From Bryobacterales bacterium (lineage in GTDB: Bacteria > Acidobacteriota > Terriglobia > Bryobacterales > UBA6623), in assembly GCA_965248305.1 (NCBI GenBank), contig OZ252099.1, forward strand, positions 4,785,981 through 4,849,980: a DNA stretch of 64,000 bases. The letters run 5' to 3'. Both the position numbers and the translations under genes were made by a program. The number at the start of each line of letters is the position of its first letter. Position 1 is the stretch's first letter. The notes beneath the pieces were generated by a model, which worked only from the letters and a program-made list of their open reading frames with translations, had not been told where the DNA came from and searched no databases. This document shows, in pieces, positions 41,594 through 51,940 of this stretch.

Positions 41594-42688
41594 ATGAACC
41601 GAAGATCCTTTGTCACCGCAGCGGCGCTAGGCACCGCAGTCGGCTCCTGCTCCGTAGAGCGGCCGGAGCCAAAGCCCACGTATCCGCCGATGCGCATGCA
41701 CGTCGGCGCGCAGCGCAGCCCTACCAACAAGGAAATTCTGCAGTTCCTCAAGCGTCACGGAGTGAACCACTGCTGCGGATATCCGCCGCGTCCCGGGGAA
41801 CGCGGTCACTGGCTGCGCGAGGAGCTGGAGATGACGCGCGAACTCTGCGAGTCCGAGGGCGTGGCGCTCGACATGGTCGCTCTGCCGTTCTTGGCCTCGT
41901 CGCATATCGACCGAGAGAGACGCGGCGCGATCATGCTGGGCGAATCCCCCCAGCGGGATCGTGACATTGATGACATCCACAAGATGATCCAGGGCTGCGC
42001 AGAGGCCGGCATCCCAGCGTTCAAGTACAACATGAGCATCCTGGGCGTGCTCAGGACCGAGCCGACTCCCGGACGGGGAGGATCACTGTATTCGACTTGG
42101 CGCCTTGACGAGGCGGTTCCGGACCCGCCCCTCACTAGAGCTGGACGCGTGGACGAGGACACCGCTTGGGAGCGCATCACCTACTTTCTCGACCGAGTGA
42201 TCCCAGTCGCGAACGAATACAAGGTGCGCGCCGCTTGCCACCCGCACGACCCCGGCGTCCCACCCGAGGGGTATCAGGGCGTCGCCCGAGTGCTCGGCAC
42301 GACGGAAGGCTTGTACAAGTTCATGGGGATCCAAGAGAGCCCGTACCACGGGTTCAACCTCTGCCTCGGGACCACTTCGGAAATGCTGCAGGATCCGGCT
42401 ACCGAGATTCACGACGTGGTTCGCCGCATAGGCGGGCAGAAGAAGCTCTTCAACATCCATTTCCGCAACATCATCGGGAAGCGAGACAGCTTCCAGGAAG
42501 TCTATCCCGACGAGGGCGACATGAACATGGTGGAGGTGGCCCGAACCCTGTGGGAAGTCGACTACCCCTACATGCTGATGCCGGATCACATGCCAAGGCA
42601 CGAGGACGATCCGGACAACCGCCAAGGATTTGCATACGGTTTTGGGTACATCAAGGGAATCTTGCAGGCGTTGCGGCAGACCGCCTAA
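41594..42688 (+). CDS. Mannonate-dehydratase (UxuA)-family TIM-barrel protein with TAT-like leader
   Basis: MNRRSFVTAAALGTAVGSCS leader. The C-terminal block NIHFRNIIGKRDSFQEVYPDEGDMNMVEVARTLWEVDYPYMLMPDHMP matches the UxuA pattern HFRNV..F.E.F.DEG..DM...PDH.P. Confidence 0.72.
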   Translation: MNRRSFVTAAALGTAVGSCSVERPEPKPTYPPMRMHVGAQRSPTNKEILQFLKRHGVNHCCGYPPRPGERGHWLREELEMTRELCESEGVALDMVALPFLASSHIDRERRGAIMLGESPQRDRDIDDIHKMIQGCAEAGIPAFKYNMSILGVLRTEPTPGRGGSLYSTWRLDEAVPDPPLTRAGRVDEDTAWERITYFLDRVIPVANEYKVRAACHPHDPGVPPEGYQGVARVLGTTEGLYKFMGIQESPYHGFNLCLGTTSEMLQDPATEIHDVVRRIGGQKKLFNIHFRNIIGKRDSFQEVYPDEGDMNMVEVARTLWEVDYPYMLMPDHMPRHEDDPDNRQGFAYGFGYIKGILQALRQTA

Positions 42689-42776
42689 GGGGCGGGCGGC
42701 AAGCTGATCACCGCCTCGCAAGCTCCGCACAAGGGCTCCGATCACCTGTGCTACCGTCGAATCAGTAGCCGCTGAA

Positions 42777-43727
42777 GTGTCTGTGATTCCCGCAGTTGAA
42801 GTATCTTGTTGCAGCTACAGCTACAACAAGACCCGAGCCTTGGACGACGTGAGCTTCGAGGTGAAAGCGCGCGAGATCTTCGGTCTGCTCGGCCCGAACG
42901 GCAGTGGCAAGACAACGCTGTTCCGCATCCTGTCCACCTTGCTCGCTCCCGAAAGCGGCAGTGCCCGGGTATTCGGTATCGATGTCACCGAGCGGCCGGT
43001 CGACGTACGCAGGCAGATGGGCGTCGTCTTCCAGTCGCAAAGCCTTGACCCGAGGTTGACGATTGAGGAAAACCTGATCCACCAAGGCCATATGTACGGC
43101 ATCAGAGGACGCGCACTCACCGACCGTCTCAGGGAAGCGCTGAGGAAGGTCAACCTAGATGACCGCCGGAAAGATCGCGTAGAGACCTTGTCGGGCGGCC
43201 TTCGCCGCAGGGCAGATCTCGCCAAAGGACTGCTCCACAACCCGAGACTGTTATTGCTCGATGAGCCGAGCACGGGAGTCGACCCCGCCGCCCGCCTGGC
43301 CTTCTGGCGGTATCTGGAGCATCTGCGCAGCTCTGAGGGGGTGACGGTCCTACTTACGACCCACTTGCTCGAGGAAGCGGACTGTTGCGATCAGTTGGCG
43401 ATCCTTGATCGCGGACGGTTGATCCGCCAAGGGACGCCGTCCGAATTGAAGTCGGAGATTGGCGGTGAAGTCGTGACGCTCTCCACGAGCGGTGGGGACG
43501 AGATTGCTGCTGCGTTGGCCAGTGAGTTTTCCGTACAAGACACGCGCGTTAGCGGCAACGAGGTTCGCTTCGAGCAACCCGAGGGATCCCAGTGGACGGC
43601 GCGCCTGATGGCGCGGTTTGGTACACAGATCGATTCTGTCAAAGTGTCCCGGCCGAACCTAGAGGACGTATTCCTCCGCCATGCCGGGTATGGTTTCAAC
43701 GCCGAGGGCGACTCGCGGCAGCAGTAG
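42777..43727 (+). CDS. ABC transporter ATP-binding protein (ABC-2/DrrA-like)
   Basis: Walker A GLLGPNGSGKTT, signature LSGGLRRR, Walker B LLLLDEP, H-loop TTHLLEEA. No permease gene follows. Confidence 0.9.
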   Translation: MSVIPAVEVSCCSYSYNKTRALDDVSFEVKAREIFGLLGPNGSGKTTLFRILSTLLAPESGSARVFGIDVTERPVDVRRQMGVVFQSQSLDPRLTIEENLIHQGHMYGIRGRALTDRLREALRKVNLDDRRKDRVETLSGGLRRRADLAKGLLHNPRLLLLDEPSTGVDPAARLAFWRYLEHLRSSEGVTVLLTTHLLEEADCCDQLAILDRGRLIRQGTPSELKSEIGGEVVTLSTSGGDEIAAALASEFSVQDTRVSGNEVRFEQPEGSQWTARLMARFGTQIDSVKVSRPNLEDVFLRHAGYGFNAEGDSRQQ

Positions 43728-44115
43728 TCGACCTGCCGGTCTCTGAGACCCAGCCATTCGGCAGCCTCGCACTGCTCCATGCGTTTTCCATTTTCATTGC
43801 CAGCGAGATCATCTGCTCGAGGAATTCTGCTTGGACGTGGAGGAGCCGCTCGCTGGAACCGGAATCCGGTCGACCGTGGATATCGTTGCAACCTGACGGT
43901 CGGGTTCAGGCATGAGGAGATGACAGTTCTCGTCAGGCTTGCGCCACCGGCGTAGTTGATCGAGCCGACCGGCCTGATCGAGACACCGGCAGCGTGGGTT
44001 CGCGGACCGCCCCGGCGGTACGGCCGGACGCTGCGACGCTATCCGACGGGGCCTCCTTGCTAGCGATTAGCCAAGGCGCAGATTCCGCCGGAGCCGCCCT
44101 CCGTGAGGCAGGCCG

Positions 44116-45324
44116 CTACTGGGCCTTAACGGTGTAGGAGTAGAGTCGGTCCTGGTCGCGCAGGTAAAGCTTGCCGCCAGCGATGACTGGCAGCGTCCAA
44201 GTCGGGAAGTCGCGGCGCTCTATCTCGAAGCGCGAAATCTCCCGGTACTCGCCAGGATCAGGATCTACCAGTCCGACCACGCCGTCCTCGCTCAGGATGT
44301 AGAACCGGCCGTCCGCATGAATCACCTGGCCCTTGCCAACAGAACGGTCGCGCCACGCGACCTCGCCCGTTTCGAACTTCATCGCTGTCAGAATCGCGCC
44401 CGAGAAGCCGTACAAGTGCTCACCGAGGAGCACCGCGGTGCTGTAGTGATTCCTCATGTCTCGATTGAAGTAGACCTCTGACGCAGTGGTGGAGCCATTG
44501 GCGTTCTCCAGTCGAAGCAACGCGCATCCGGTGCCGTAGGAGGAAGAGAAGAAGGCCAAGTTGTCGCGCACCACCGGCGTGGCGACATTGGCTGTCGTGT
44601 TGCTGACAGGGGTGTAGCGCCAAAGCAACTCGCCGTTCGTAGCCAGGACGCCGACTGCCGCTTCCCCGGTGAAGAGAATATATTGGCGTACGCCGTCGAT
44701 GTCGGCGGGCACGGCGGAGGAATAGCCGGCCTCGTCACTCTGAGTTTTCCAAATTTCCTTGCCAGTCGCCTTGTTCAGCGCGACGATCGAGGCACCGGGA
44801 CCTCCGGCGTTGACGATGAGTCGGTCTCCGTCAACCAGGGGAGACTCGCTGATGCCCCATTTGATGTTCCTTCCTCCATAGGTCTTGAGTAGGTGCCGTT
44901 CCCAAATCTTGGCACCCGTCGACGAGTCCGCGCAGATAAGGTTCCCATCGCCACCGAGCGCGTAGATCCGGTCGCCATCGACTGTGGGGGTCCCCCGGGG
45001 CCCGTCCCCGCGTCCATTGGAGTATGGTTTGCCGTGCTCTGTTTCCCAGACGATCTCGCCTGTTTCGGCATCCAGGGCGATCAAGAATTGCTTGCCGCGC
45101 TTGACGCCTTGAGTGAAGAGGGTGCCGTCGCTAACGGCGAGAGAGGAGTAACCCGCCCCGAGGGACTCTATTATCCAAACTCGCTCGGGGCCAGCGTCCG
45201 GCCACTCGGCGAGCAACCCGGATTCAGGCGACTTCCCGTCACGATTGGGGCCGCGCCACTGATCCCACTCTGCGGAGGCGGACGGTAGGATGAGGACACA
45301 CACGACAAGACAGGCTAAGCGCAT
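44116..45324 (-). CDS. PQQ-like (BamB-type) beta-propeller repeat protein, secreted
   Basis: Signal peptide MRLACLVVCVLILPSASA followed by WDQWRGPNRDGKS. Repeated blades include TGEIVWE, GAKIWER, GKEIWK, GELLWRY and GEVAWRD. The ATG at 45324 is chosen. Confidence 0.8.
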   Translation of the reverse strand: MRLACLVVCVLILPSASAEWDQWRGPNRDGKSPESGLLAEWPDAGPERVWIIESLGAGYSSLAVSDGTLFTQGVKRGKQFLIALDAETGEIVWETEHGKPYSNGRGDGPRGTPTVDGDRIYALGGDGNLICADSSTGAKIWERHLLKTYGGRNIKWGISESPLVDGDRLIVNAGGPGASIVALNKATGKEIWKTQSDEAGYSSAVPADIDGVRQYILFTGEAAVGVLATNGELLWRYTPVSNTTANVATPVVRDNLAFFSSSYGTGCALLRLENANGSTTASEVYFNRDMRNHYSTAVLLGEHLYGFSGAILTAMKFETGEVAWRDRSVGKGQVIHADGRFYILSEDGVVGLVDPDPGEYREISRFEIERRDFPTWTLPVIAGGKLYLRDQDRLYSYTVKAQ

Positions 45325-46318
45325 TGGACTTGGGGGCTTCGGGGGGTACTGATGAAGACGGCGCTCAGGGAAGAGGAAGCCTTCGACCTCGCCTGTCATT
45401 ATCGCAGGCCCTTGCCGATGATCGATCGCCTCGCGGTTCCCTTCGCTTCTCCGCTTGGTCAGCGGTCGCACTGGGCTGTCGCGCTGCTCCCGCAGCGCAA
45501 GCTGACTTGATCAACACCAGTTCGCGGCTCGTTCCGAATCCGAAACCATCACCGCAAGGCGATCTATCTTCGATTCCGCGGGGGGCTGGCCAGCGCGGCC
45601 TGGATCGCGCTGACGTATATTCTCGCTGCGACGACAGGGGCAGCAAGACTCACCGCTGATTCTATTGGGATGTAAGTAGTGGGCTGCTCACTAGGTGCCT
45701 GAACACGGGTACCGCGGCGGTCTGATGAGAGAAATCGGGCCATAGAGGCGTGTTCGGGGACGCCGGGCGGGGCGGCAGGCATTCGCAGCGGGCGCGCAGT
45801 GCGACCGCCCGGCAGCCCGCTCCCGACCGGCACCCGAGTCGAGCGGAGAGACGGGATGATGATGAATCGATTCCCGAGGATGGGCAGGGTACCCTAGCGC
45901 CCTCCGCAGCGACTCTAGAAGGTATCATTCCTAAATCCATAAGATAGGGAAGTCCGGCCTAACCAAGCACAGTGGCCGGCCTGTTAGCCTGGTGGGCGCG
46001 AGCGTACGGGGCATTATTGTCAGCAAGCCACCCCGGACGACTCGGTGGGCAGGCAGCAGATGGCTCGCGAGCTTCGTCAGCGGCATTTCCGGTCCTGCGT
46101 TCTGCGGGCCCGGCGGTCGCAGGCAGCGAAGATCGCATCGTCCTATCCAGACTTCGCAGCGCCTGGCAATCGTCTTGCGGCCCTCGCGCCAGGCAAACGT
46201 CCATCGGTATTCCCCGGGCCATCGAGACACGGAAGACAGCTTACAATCAAATATTTGCATAGTGGCCCTGGAGACGCGTGGACCTCTAGATTCTGTTCCG
46301 CCTCAAAGGAGAAAGTAG

Positions 46319-48013
46319 GTGAAAACCGTGTCGAATTCCCCGTTCAAGACCGATATCGAAATCGCGCGCCTGGCGAAACTCCAGCCGATTCAGGATGTGG
46401 GTGCAAGGCTTGGGATTCCAAGCGAGCACCTTCTGCCGTTCAGACATGACAAGGGCAAGGTCTCGGGCGAGTTCATTGATTCACTCGAAGGGCGGCCCGA
46501 CGGCAAGCTGATCCTGATTACAGCGATCACCCCAACGCCGGGCGGCGAGGGCAAGACCACGACCACGATCGGTCTGGGCGACAGCTTGAACCGGATCGGC
46601 AAGAGCACGGCGATCTGCTTGCGCGAACCGTCGCTGGGCCCCTGCTTCGGGATGAAGGGCGGCGCGACGGGGGGCGGTCGCTCTCAGGTAATTCCCATGG
46701 GCGACATCAACCTCCATTTCACTGGGGACATGCATGCCATCACGGCCGCCCACAACTTGCTCAGCGCGATGGTCGACAACAGCGTCTTCTGGGGCAACAA
46801 GGCTGGTATCGACGTGCGACGTGTGGTTTGGCGCCGTGTGCTCGATATGAACGACCGCGCGCTGCGCCAGATCAACTGCGCGCTTGGGGGTGTCTCCAGT
46901 GGATTCCCGCGCGAGAGCGGGTTCGATATCACGGCCGCCTCCGAGGTCATGACCGTCTTGTGCCTGGCTCACGACGTGAGAGACTTGGAGCGGCGGCTCG
47001 GTGACATCATCGTTGCCTATCGACGCGACCGCACCCCGGTGCTTTGCCGCGACCTCAAAGCCGACGGCGCGATGACCGTCCTGTTGCGGGACGCGATGTT
47101 ACCAAATCTGGTGCAAACGCTCGAGAACAACCCTGCATTCATCCATGGCGGGCCATTCGCAAACATCGCCCATGGCTGCAACTCTGTTATCGCGACCAAG
47201 ACCGCGCTCAAGCTCGCCGACTACGTCGTCACGGAAGCTGGGTTCGGCGCGGATCTCGGTGCCGAGAAGTTCTTCAACATCAAATGCCGCAAGGCCGGCC
47301 TGAAGCCGGATGGCGCGGTGATTGTCGCGACAGTACGAGCGCTGAAGATGGACGGCGGAATCAGCGCGCAAGATCTTGGCGCAGAGAATGTTGGCGCGGT
47401 CGAACGGGGCTGCGCCAATCTCGGCCGCCATATCGAGAACGTCAGCCAATTCGGGGTACCGGCGGTAGTCGCGATCAACCACTTCGCCACCGATACCGAC
47501 GACGAGATCGCCGCCATCCAGGCCTACACGAAAACCAAGGGCACCGAGGCGGTGCTGTGCAGGCATTGGGCCGAGGGCTCGGCTGGAGCCGAAGCGCTCG
47601 CGCATCATGTCGTTGGCATGGTGGAGCGTGGCGCGGCCCGGTTCACTACGCTCTATCCCGACGACCTGCCGTTGTTCGAAAAAATGCAGACTGTCGCGCG
47701 GCGAATTTACCGTGCAGCTGATGTTGCCGCCAGCCAACCCATCCGAAACCAACTGCACAGATGGACCGATGCCGGTTACGGGGATTTTCCGGTTTGCATG
47801 GCAAAGACCCAGTACAGTTTTTCGAGCGAACCTAAGCTGCGCGGCACGCCAACCGGCCACATCATACCCGTGCGCGAAGTTCGCATGTCTGCTGGTGCCG
47901 GCTTCGTGGTGGCAATCTGCGGTGCCATCATGACCATGCCGGGTCTGCCGAGGGTACCCTCTGCGGAAGGCATGGGGCTCACCGACGACGGCTTGGTCGA
48001 TGGTCTCGGCTAG
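46319..48013 (+). CDS. fhs: Formate--tetrahydrofolate ligase
   Basis: [60 protein letters not shown]. 564 aa. AAAGGAG lies upstream of the GTG. Confidence 0.95.
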   Translation: MKTVSNSPFKTDIEIARLAKLQPIQDVGARLGIPSEHLLPFRHDKGKVSGEFIDSLEGRPDGKLILITAITPTPGGEGKTTTTIGLGDSLNRIGKSTAICLREPSLGPCFGMKGGATGGGRSQVIPMGDINLHFTGDMHAITAAHNLLSAMVDNSVFWGNKAGIDVRRVVWRRVLDMNDRALRQINCALGGVSSGFPRESGFDITAASEVMTVLCLAHDVRDLERRLGDIIVAYRRDRTPVLCRDLKADGAMTVLLRDAMLPNLVQTLENNPAFIHGGPFANIAHGCNSVIATKTALKLADYVVTEAGFGADLGAEKFFNIKCRKAGLKPDGAVIVATVRALKMDGGISAQDLGAENVGAVERGCANLGRHIENVSQFGVPAVVAINHFATDTDDEIAAIQAYTKTKGTEAVLCRHWAEGSAGAEALAHHVVGMVERGAARFTTLYPDDLPLFEKMQTVARRIYRAADVAASQPIRNQLHRWTDAGYGDFPVCMAKTQYSFSSEPKLRGTPTGHIIPVREVRMSAGAGFVVAICGAIMTMPGLPRVPSAEGMGLTDDGLVDGLG

Positions 48014-48314
48014 GGTCAGACCAAGTAGGATCGCGAATAGGCCACGCAGGACGGTGCACCGTTTTGGTGCCAACTTCCCCGGCGCGGTGTGTGGATCCAC
48101 ACGCGCCCGCCAACGGGCTGCCGAATCGATACCTGATTCCTTACTTCCCCATCCAAGACCGACCTAACCGGGGCTGGCCAAGGCGGCCCAGCGGCCGGTC
48201 CGCCAGTCTGACTCCGTCCCTCATTGGACAGCATCTCCTTAGCCTTGAATTGCGAGTGTTGTTCGTATTAAATCGCTGATACTATTGACTTTTAGCGAAG
48301 ATCTTGCGATAATC

Positions 48315-48850
48315 ATGGCTAGAAAACCCTCTGCTATGCCCAAGAACAAAGTCCAGTTCCAAAAAGGCCTCAGCCTGACCCAGTTCCTCCAGGACTACGG
48401 CTCCGAGGCGCAGTGCGAGCAGGCCCTCTTCGACGCCCGCTGGCCCGACGGCCTCAACTGCCCCCGCTGCGGCGGCGCCCGCTTCTGCCGCCTCTCCAGC
48501 CGCCGGGCCACCTTCCAGTGCAACCACTGCAAGCGCCAGCTCTCCCTGCTTGCCGGCACCGTCTTCCAGGCCACCAAGCTGCCGCTGACCATTTGGTTCC
48601 TCGCCATCTACTCCCTCTCCCAGACCAAGAGCGGCATCTCGGCCCTGGAGTTGGGGCGCAAGCTGGGCGTCAACGACAACACCGCCTGGCTGCTCAAGCA
48701 CAAGCTCATGCAGGCCATGCGGGAGCGTGACCAGCGCTACCGGCTGGCGGGCACGGTGCAGCTCGACGACGCCTATCTGGGCGGCGAGTACCCCGGCGGC
48801 AAGCGCGGGCGGGGCTCGCAGAAGAAGACGCCGATGCTGGCGGCCGTGCA
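48315..48850 (+). pseudogene. IS1595-family (ISXO2-like) transposase, 3'-truncated
   Basis: Zinc-ribbon CPRCGG...FQCNHCKRQ, then LPLTIWFLAIYSLSQTKSGISALELGRKLGV, then the first catalytic region VQLDDAYLGG...KTPMLAAVQ. The remaining ~150 aa of the DDE domain are absent. Confidence 0.8.
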
Positions 48851-49291
48851 GAACGCATGGGGTGAGACGGTCCGATCGTGAATCTCGTATCCGGAAGCTT
48901 GGATACGCTGTTTGATGCTCGTCCAAGTCTTTCCCTCATTGGGCCGCACCAGATTCGGGACGTTCTCGACAATGAACAAAGCGGACTTCCGGTACCTCAG
49001 GATGCGGATCACATAGTCGATAAGGTCGCCCCAGTGTGGGCATTCGAGCCCACGCTGGCCGCCCGCTTTGGAGAAGGGTTGACACGGGAAACCGGCACAC
49101 AGGATCTCGTGAGGAGGAACGTTGTCAAGCTCGATGCCGCGTAGGTCGCCGACCGGCTTCAGGCCGAAGTTCCTCTCGTAGAGTGCGGCGAGGTCAGGGT
49201 CAATCTCAGAAACCATGACGCATTCGTGCCCGAGGTTCGACAGTGCGAGGTGGAAGCCCCCCAAGCCTGTGAAGAGATCAACGAACCTCAT
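48848..49291 (-). pseudogene. DNA (cytosine-5) methyltransferase, 3'-truncated (N-terminal ~148 aa only)
   Basis: Motif I DLFTGLGGF, motif IV GFPCQPFS and motif VI-like FIVENVPNL are present. Similarity ends at ...HDRTVSPHAFC (~48850), where the IS1595 fragment abuts on the other strand. The TRD and motifs IX-X are missing. Confidence 0.8.
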
Positions 49292-49506
49292 TAAAGGCGA
49301 TTCCGTGCGTTTCGGCGGAGTCCAATGTGGGAGTAGCCAAGCGAGCGCTTGGCACGCGAGGCACCGCCAGTGCCGACCCTATACGATCCGGTCCGGTTCG
49401 CGCGAGAGGCAAGTTTCGGGAAATCCTACTGCGGGCGGCCATCCAGCATAGGCATTTCGGGTGCAGATAGCGGTCGTCCCCGAGATTGAGTCTCCAGATT
49501 CCCATG

Positions 49507-49911
49507 TCATCGCCAGTCCTCAATTACGAGATCCGGCACGCGGCTGAACTCGCGGACGTTTCTGGTCACGAGCGTTGCGCTGAGCGCCCTCGCATGAGCA
49601 GCGATTAGCAGGTCGTTGCGACCTATGGGACGGCCGACCCGCTCCAATTCGGCACGGATCAAACCGTAGTGTACGTCCGCCGGCGCGGACATTGGGAGCG
49701 TGGCAATAACAGAAAGGACAGCTTCGAGTTGGCTGGTAAGTCGGGGCGATCTACGCCGTTCCGCGCCGTAGCGGAGTTCAGCCGCGACGATGATGCTGAT
49801 CGCAATCGAGCCAGGTTCCAGCGCGGTCGCTCGTTGCGCGATGTCTCCCGACGGCCGACGAACCAATTCGGACACGATATTCGTGTCCAGCATGTAGCGG
49901 AGATCGGGCAC
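49507..49911 (-). CDS. vapC: PIN-domain toxin VapC
   Basis: MLDTNIVSEL... (first acidic residue), AAELRYG, NDLLIAAHA, LVTRNVREF. The GTG at 49911 lies 1 nt after the vapB stop; an alternative ATG is at 49893. Confidence 0.9.
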   Translation of the reverse strand: MPDLRYMLDTNIVSELVRRPSGDIAQRATALEPGSIAISIIVAAELRYGAERRRSPRLTSQLEAVLSVIATLPMSAPADVHYGLIRAELERVGRPIGRNDLLIAAHARALSATLVTRNVREFSRVPDLVIEDWR

Positions 49912-49912
49912 C

Positions 49913-50212
49913 TCAGAGGATGTCTTCCGGCTCGGATGGAGGATCGGCGATCATTGGGAAGTCCTCTTCGAGCGGTGCCAATGTCGATAGCACCTCTGCC
50001 AGAGAAGGAGTGCGCCTGACCGGTTCGACGACGAGGCGATCATTTTCGCTGTAAATGATGACCTCGTCGGCGGCCAGTTCGAACTCGCGTGGAATTCGTA
50101 GAGCTTGGTTCCGCCCGTTCCGAAACAGGCGTGCGCGGCGTGCCGATTCTGGTCTCTCGGATTCGCACGTTAGCATATGCCCAGCATATGTCGACGAAGG
50201 CTCCGATGTCAA
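49913..50212 (-). CDS. vapB: AbrB/SpoVT-fold antitoxin VapB
   Basis: ARLFRNGRNQALRIPREFELAADEVIIYSENDRLVVEPV. The true start is possibly the ATG at 50176. Confidence 0.8.
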   Translation of the reverse strand: MTSEPSSTYAGHMLTCESERPESARRARLFRNGRNQALRIPREFELAADEVIIYSENDRLVVEPVRRTPSLAEVLSTLAPLEEDFPMIADPPSEPEDIL

Positions 50213-50220
50213 GTGGTTGC

Positions 50221-50229
50221 CTTTGAGGG
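50221..50229. repeat. Target-site duplication, left copy (CTTTGAGGG)
   Basis: Identical 9-mer immediately outside both IS termini (50221-50229 and 51932-51940). Confidence 0.9.
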
Positions 50230-51931
50230 CAGCAATTCTCAGGATGGCGGGTCTGGCTCGTGTGGGATGGAATTGGCGGGCGTTTGTGCGTGCCCTAGGG
50301 AGGCAGTTGCGGCAGGGCTAGGGCGGCTCGGAACGCGGGCCGGGGTGGCCGGGCTGCCCTGCACTGGCAGTGGCGCGTGCGCGGGCCTGGCGAGGCGCAC
50401 CCTCGCCGCTGGGTTCCGGAGGAGCCCGCCGCTGGCCGCATGGCTTGCGCGTTGCGTTATGATGGCGCGCTCGCAGCCGCCCGGGGAGCGGGCGGTGGCG
50501 GGCACTGGCGTAGCAGGGTCTCGAACAGGGCAGTCCAGTTGCAGAAGCAGAACCACTCCGTGAGAAAGCTCAGGGTCGCGAAGAAGTTGCGCCGCGTGCC
50601 GGCCTGCGCCCGGCCTTGCCGCCACAGGTCGGAGACGCAGTCCTGGACCGCATGCAGCGCAAAGGCGAACAGGTTCAGCGTGGCGAGCAGGTTGGCCAGG
50701 CCTTGGCTGCCGTGCCCGAAGTTGCGCTGGATGTTGTCGCCGGGGCGGGCCAGGCAGTTGAACCCCTCATGCTCGATCTTCCAGCGGGCTCGTCCGGCCC
50801 GTGCAATGTCCGCCACGTTGTCAGCCGTGACCTCCAGGCTGGTGAAGAACGTGTTCGTGTAGGTGCGCTCGCCGTTGCGCTCGATCGCGAACTCGACCCA
50901 GGCCCCTTGCACGGCGTCGGCGCCGTCGCGGACCGGCAGCCCGTGCATCCAGCGGAAGCGCTGCCGTTCGACCCGCTTGTGCCGGTTGCGGGTCTTGATC
51001 CAGCCGCTGGAATGGATGAAGTCGTCGTGCAGCAGTTCGTACAAACGCTTGTGGGAACTGGGCTGACAGACGAACAGGAAGTCCGCCCCGAGCTTGAGGA
51101 CCAGCTGGCACAGGGGCTGGCAGCAGTACAGGTCATCGCCGAGAAAGACTGGCCGGTAGGGGCGTAGCTCGGCGCTGTGGGCGGGCAGCCAGCGCTTGGC
51201 GGCGTTGCGCTCGCAGTCCTGTTTGCGTTGCTCCTCGGACAGTTCCGGCTGGTCTGCCGCCGGGTCCTGCTGGGGCTGCACGAACTCCGGCATCAGCGGC
51301 AGGACGCGGTTGTGGCCGTCGGCGACGACCGTCGCCGAGAGCATCGTATGGAAGTACTGCTCGGTCTTGTGGGCCCCGACATGGCGGACGGAGCACTGCG
51401 CGCAGCGGATCGCGTCCGAGCAGTGGATCTGGAGGCCGTCGAGCGCGACCAGCAGGCGGCCGCCGAGGCGCTCGAAGGCAGCTAGGGCACCCTGCTCGCG
51501 GACGGTGCCGAGGCAAAGCGGGAACAGTTCGGCGAAGTGGGCGGGGTCCAGGCCGTCGAGCAGATCGCGGATCCGGTTGTCGCAGGGGATCTTCTGCACG
51601 CCGAAGAGCGTGTGGCAATTGGAGCGGGAGGTTGCCTGCTGCATGCGCCGCTGGAATTCGAGGAAGGAGGGGGTGCTTGCAAGAAGAACACCGCGAGGGC
51701 GCAGGAAGCAGCGTCGGCGGGGGCGTAGCGCGTGTTGGTGCCGCGGCGGGAATCCGGCAGCGCAGCGCCGGCCCGGCGGAAGGCGTCCAGCAGACCGTCC
51801 AAAACATTGTCCATTCTTCATGTATTGAACAATGCGAGTCGCTGTGTTAACTCTGACCACCCTAGAATCAGTTGCCCATCAATCTGGAGACCCAAAAATC
51901 GACCCCCGAATCCCTAAAATGAGAATTGCTG
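50230..51931 (-). mobile_element. IS4-superfamily insertion sequence, 1702 bp, with 12-bp terminal IRs and 9-bp TSD
   Basis: The left terminus CAGCAATTCTCA (50230-50241) is the exact reverse complement of the right terminus TGAGAATTGCTG (51920-51931). The element is flanked by the direct repeat CTTTGAGGG. Confidence 0.9.
50457..51814 (-). pseudogene. IS4-superfamily DDE transposase with one frameshift
   Basis: The N-terminal 48 aa (MDNVLDGLLDAFRRAG...ALAVFFLQ) are in one frame. The rest (..PSFLEFQRRMQQATSRSNCHTLFGVQKIPCDNRIRDLLD...GRARWKIEHEGFNCL..) reads with codon boundaries 1 nt earlier. The switch occurs at or near a C5 run (minus-strand GCACCCCCTCC, ~51665-51675). Confidence 0.8.
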
Positions 51932-51940
51932 CTTTGAGGG
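51932..51940. repeat. Target-site duplication, right copy (CTTTGAGGG)
   Basis: See the left copy. Confidence 0.9.

Noticed and set aside
43735-43800. Minus-strand peptide MEQCEAAEWLGLRDRQVDY, resembling an excisionase/MerR-type HTH
   Set aside because: Only ~15 residues match the pattern. The frame runs into the ABC ATPase gene, and there is no credible start or stop context.
45722-45729. CTGATGAG hammerhead-ribozyme core box
   Set aside because: No stem II hairpin follows, and there is no properly placed CGAAA or cleavage-site helix. It is an isolated 8-mer.
46159-46168. GCGCCTGGCA upstream of fhs, resembling the 3' CCGCCUGGGC element of ZTP riboswitches
   Set aside because: It has one G fewer than the consensus as I recall it. 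I could not find the 5' sub-domain (GACUGGCG / GGUGG..CCAC..GGG) within 150 nt upstream. It is mentioned only as something to test with Infernal.
47099-48100. 333-aa minus-strand ORF
   Set aside because: It is antisense to fhs. It is an artefact of high GC content.
49278-49523. 81-aa minus-strand ORF upstream of the truncated dcm, considered as a possible controller or Vsr remnant
   Set aside because: It has no HTH or Vsr motifs and overlaps both the vapC stop and the dcm start. It is probably non-coding.
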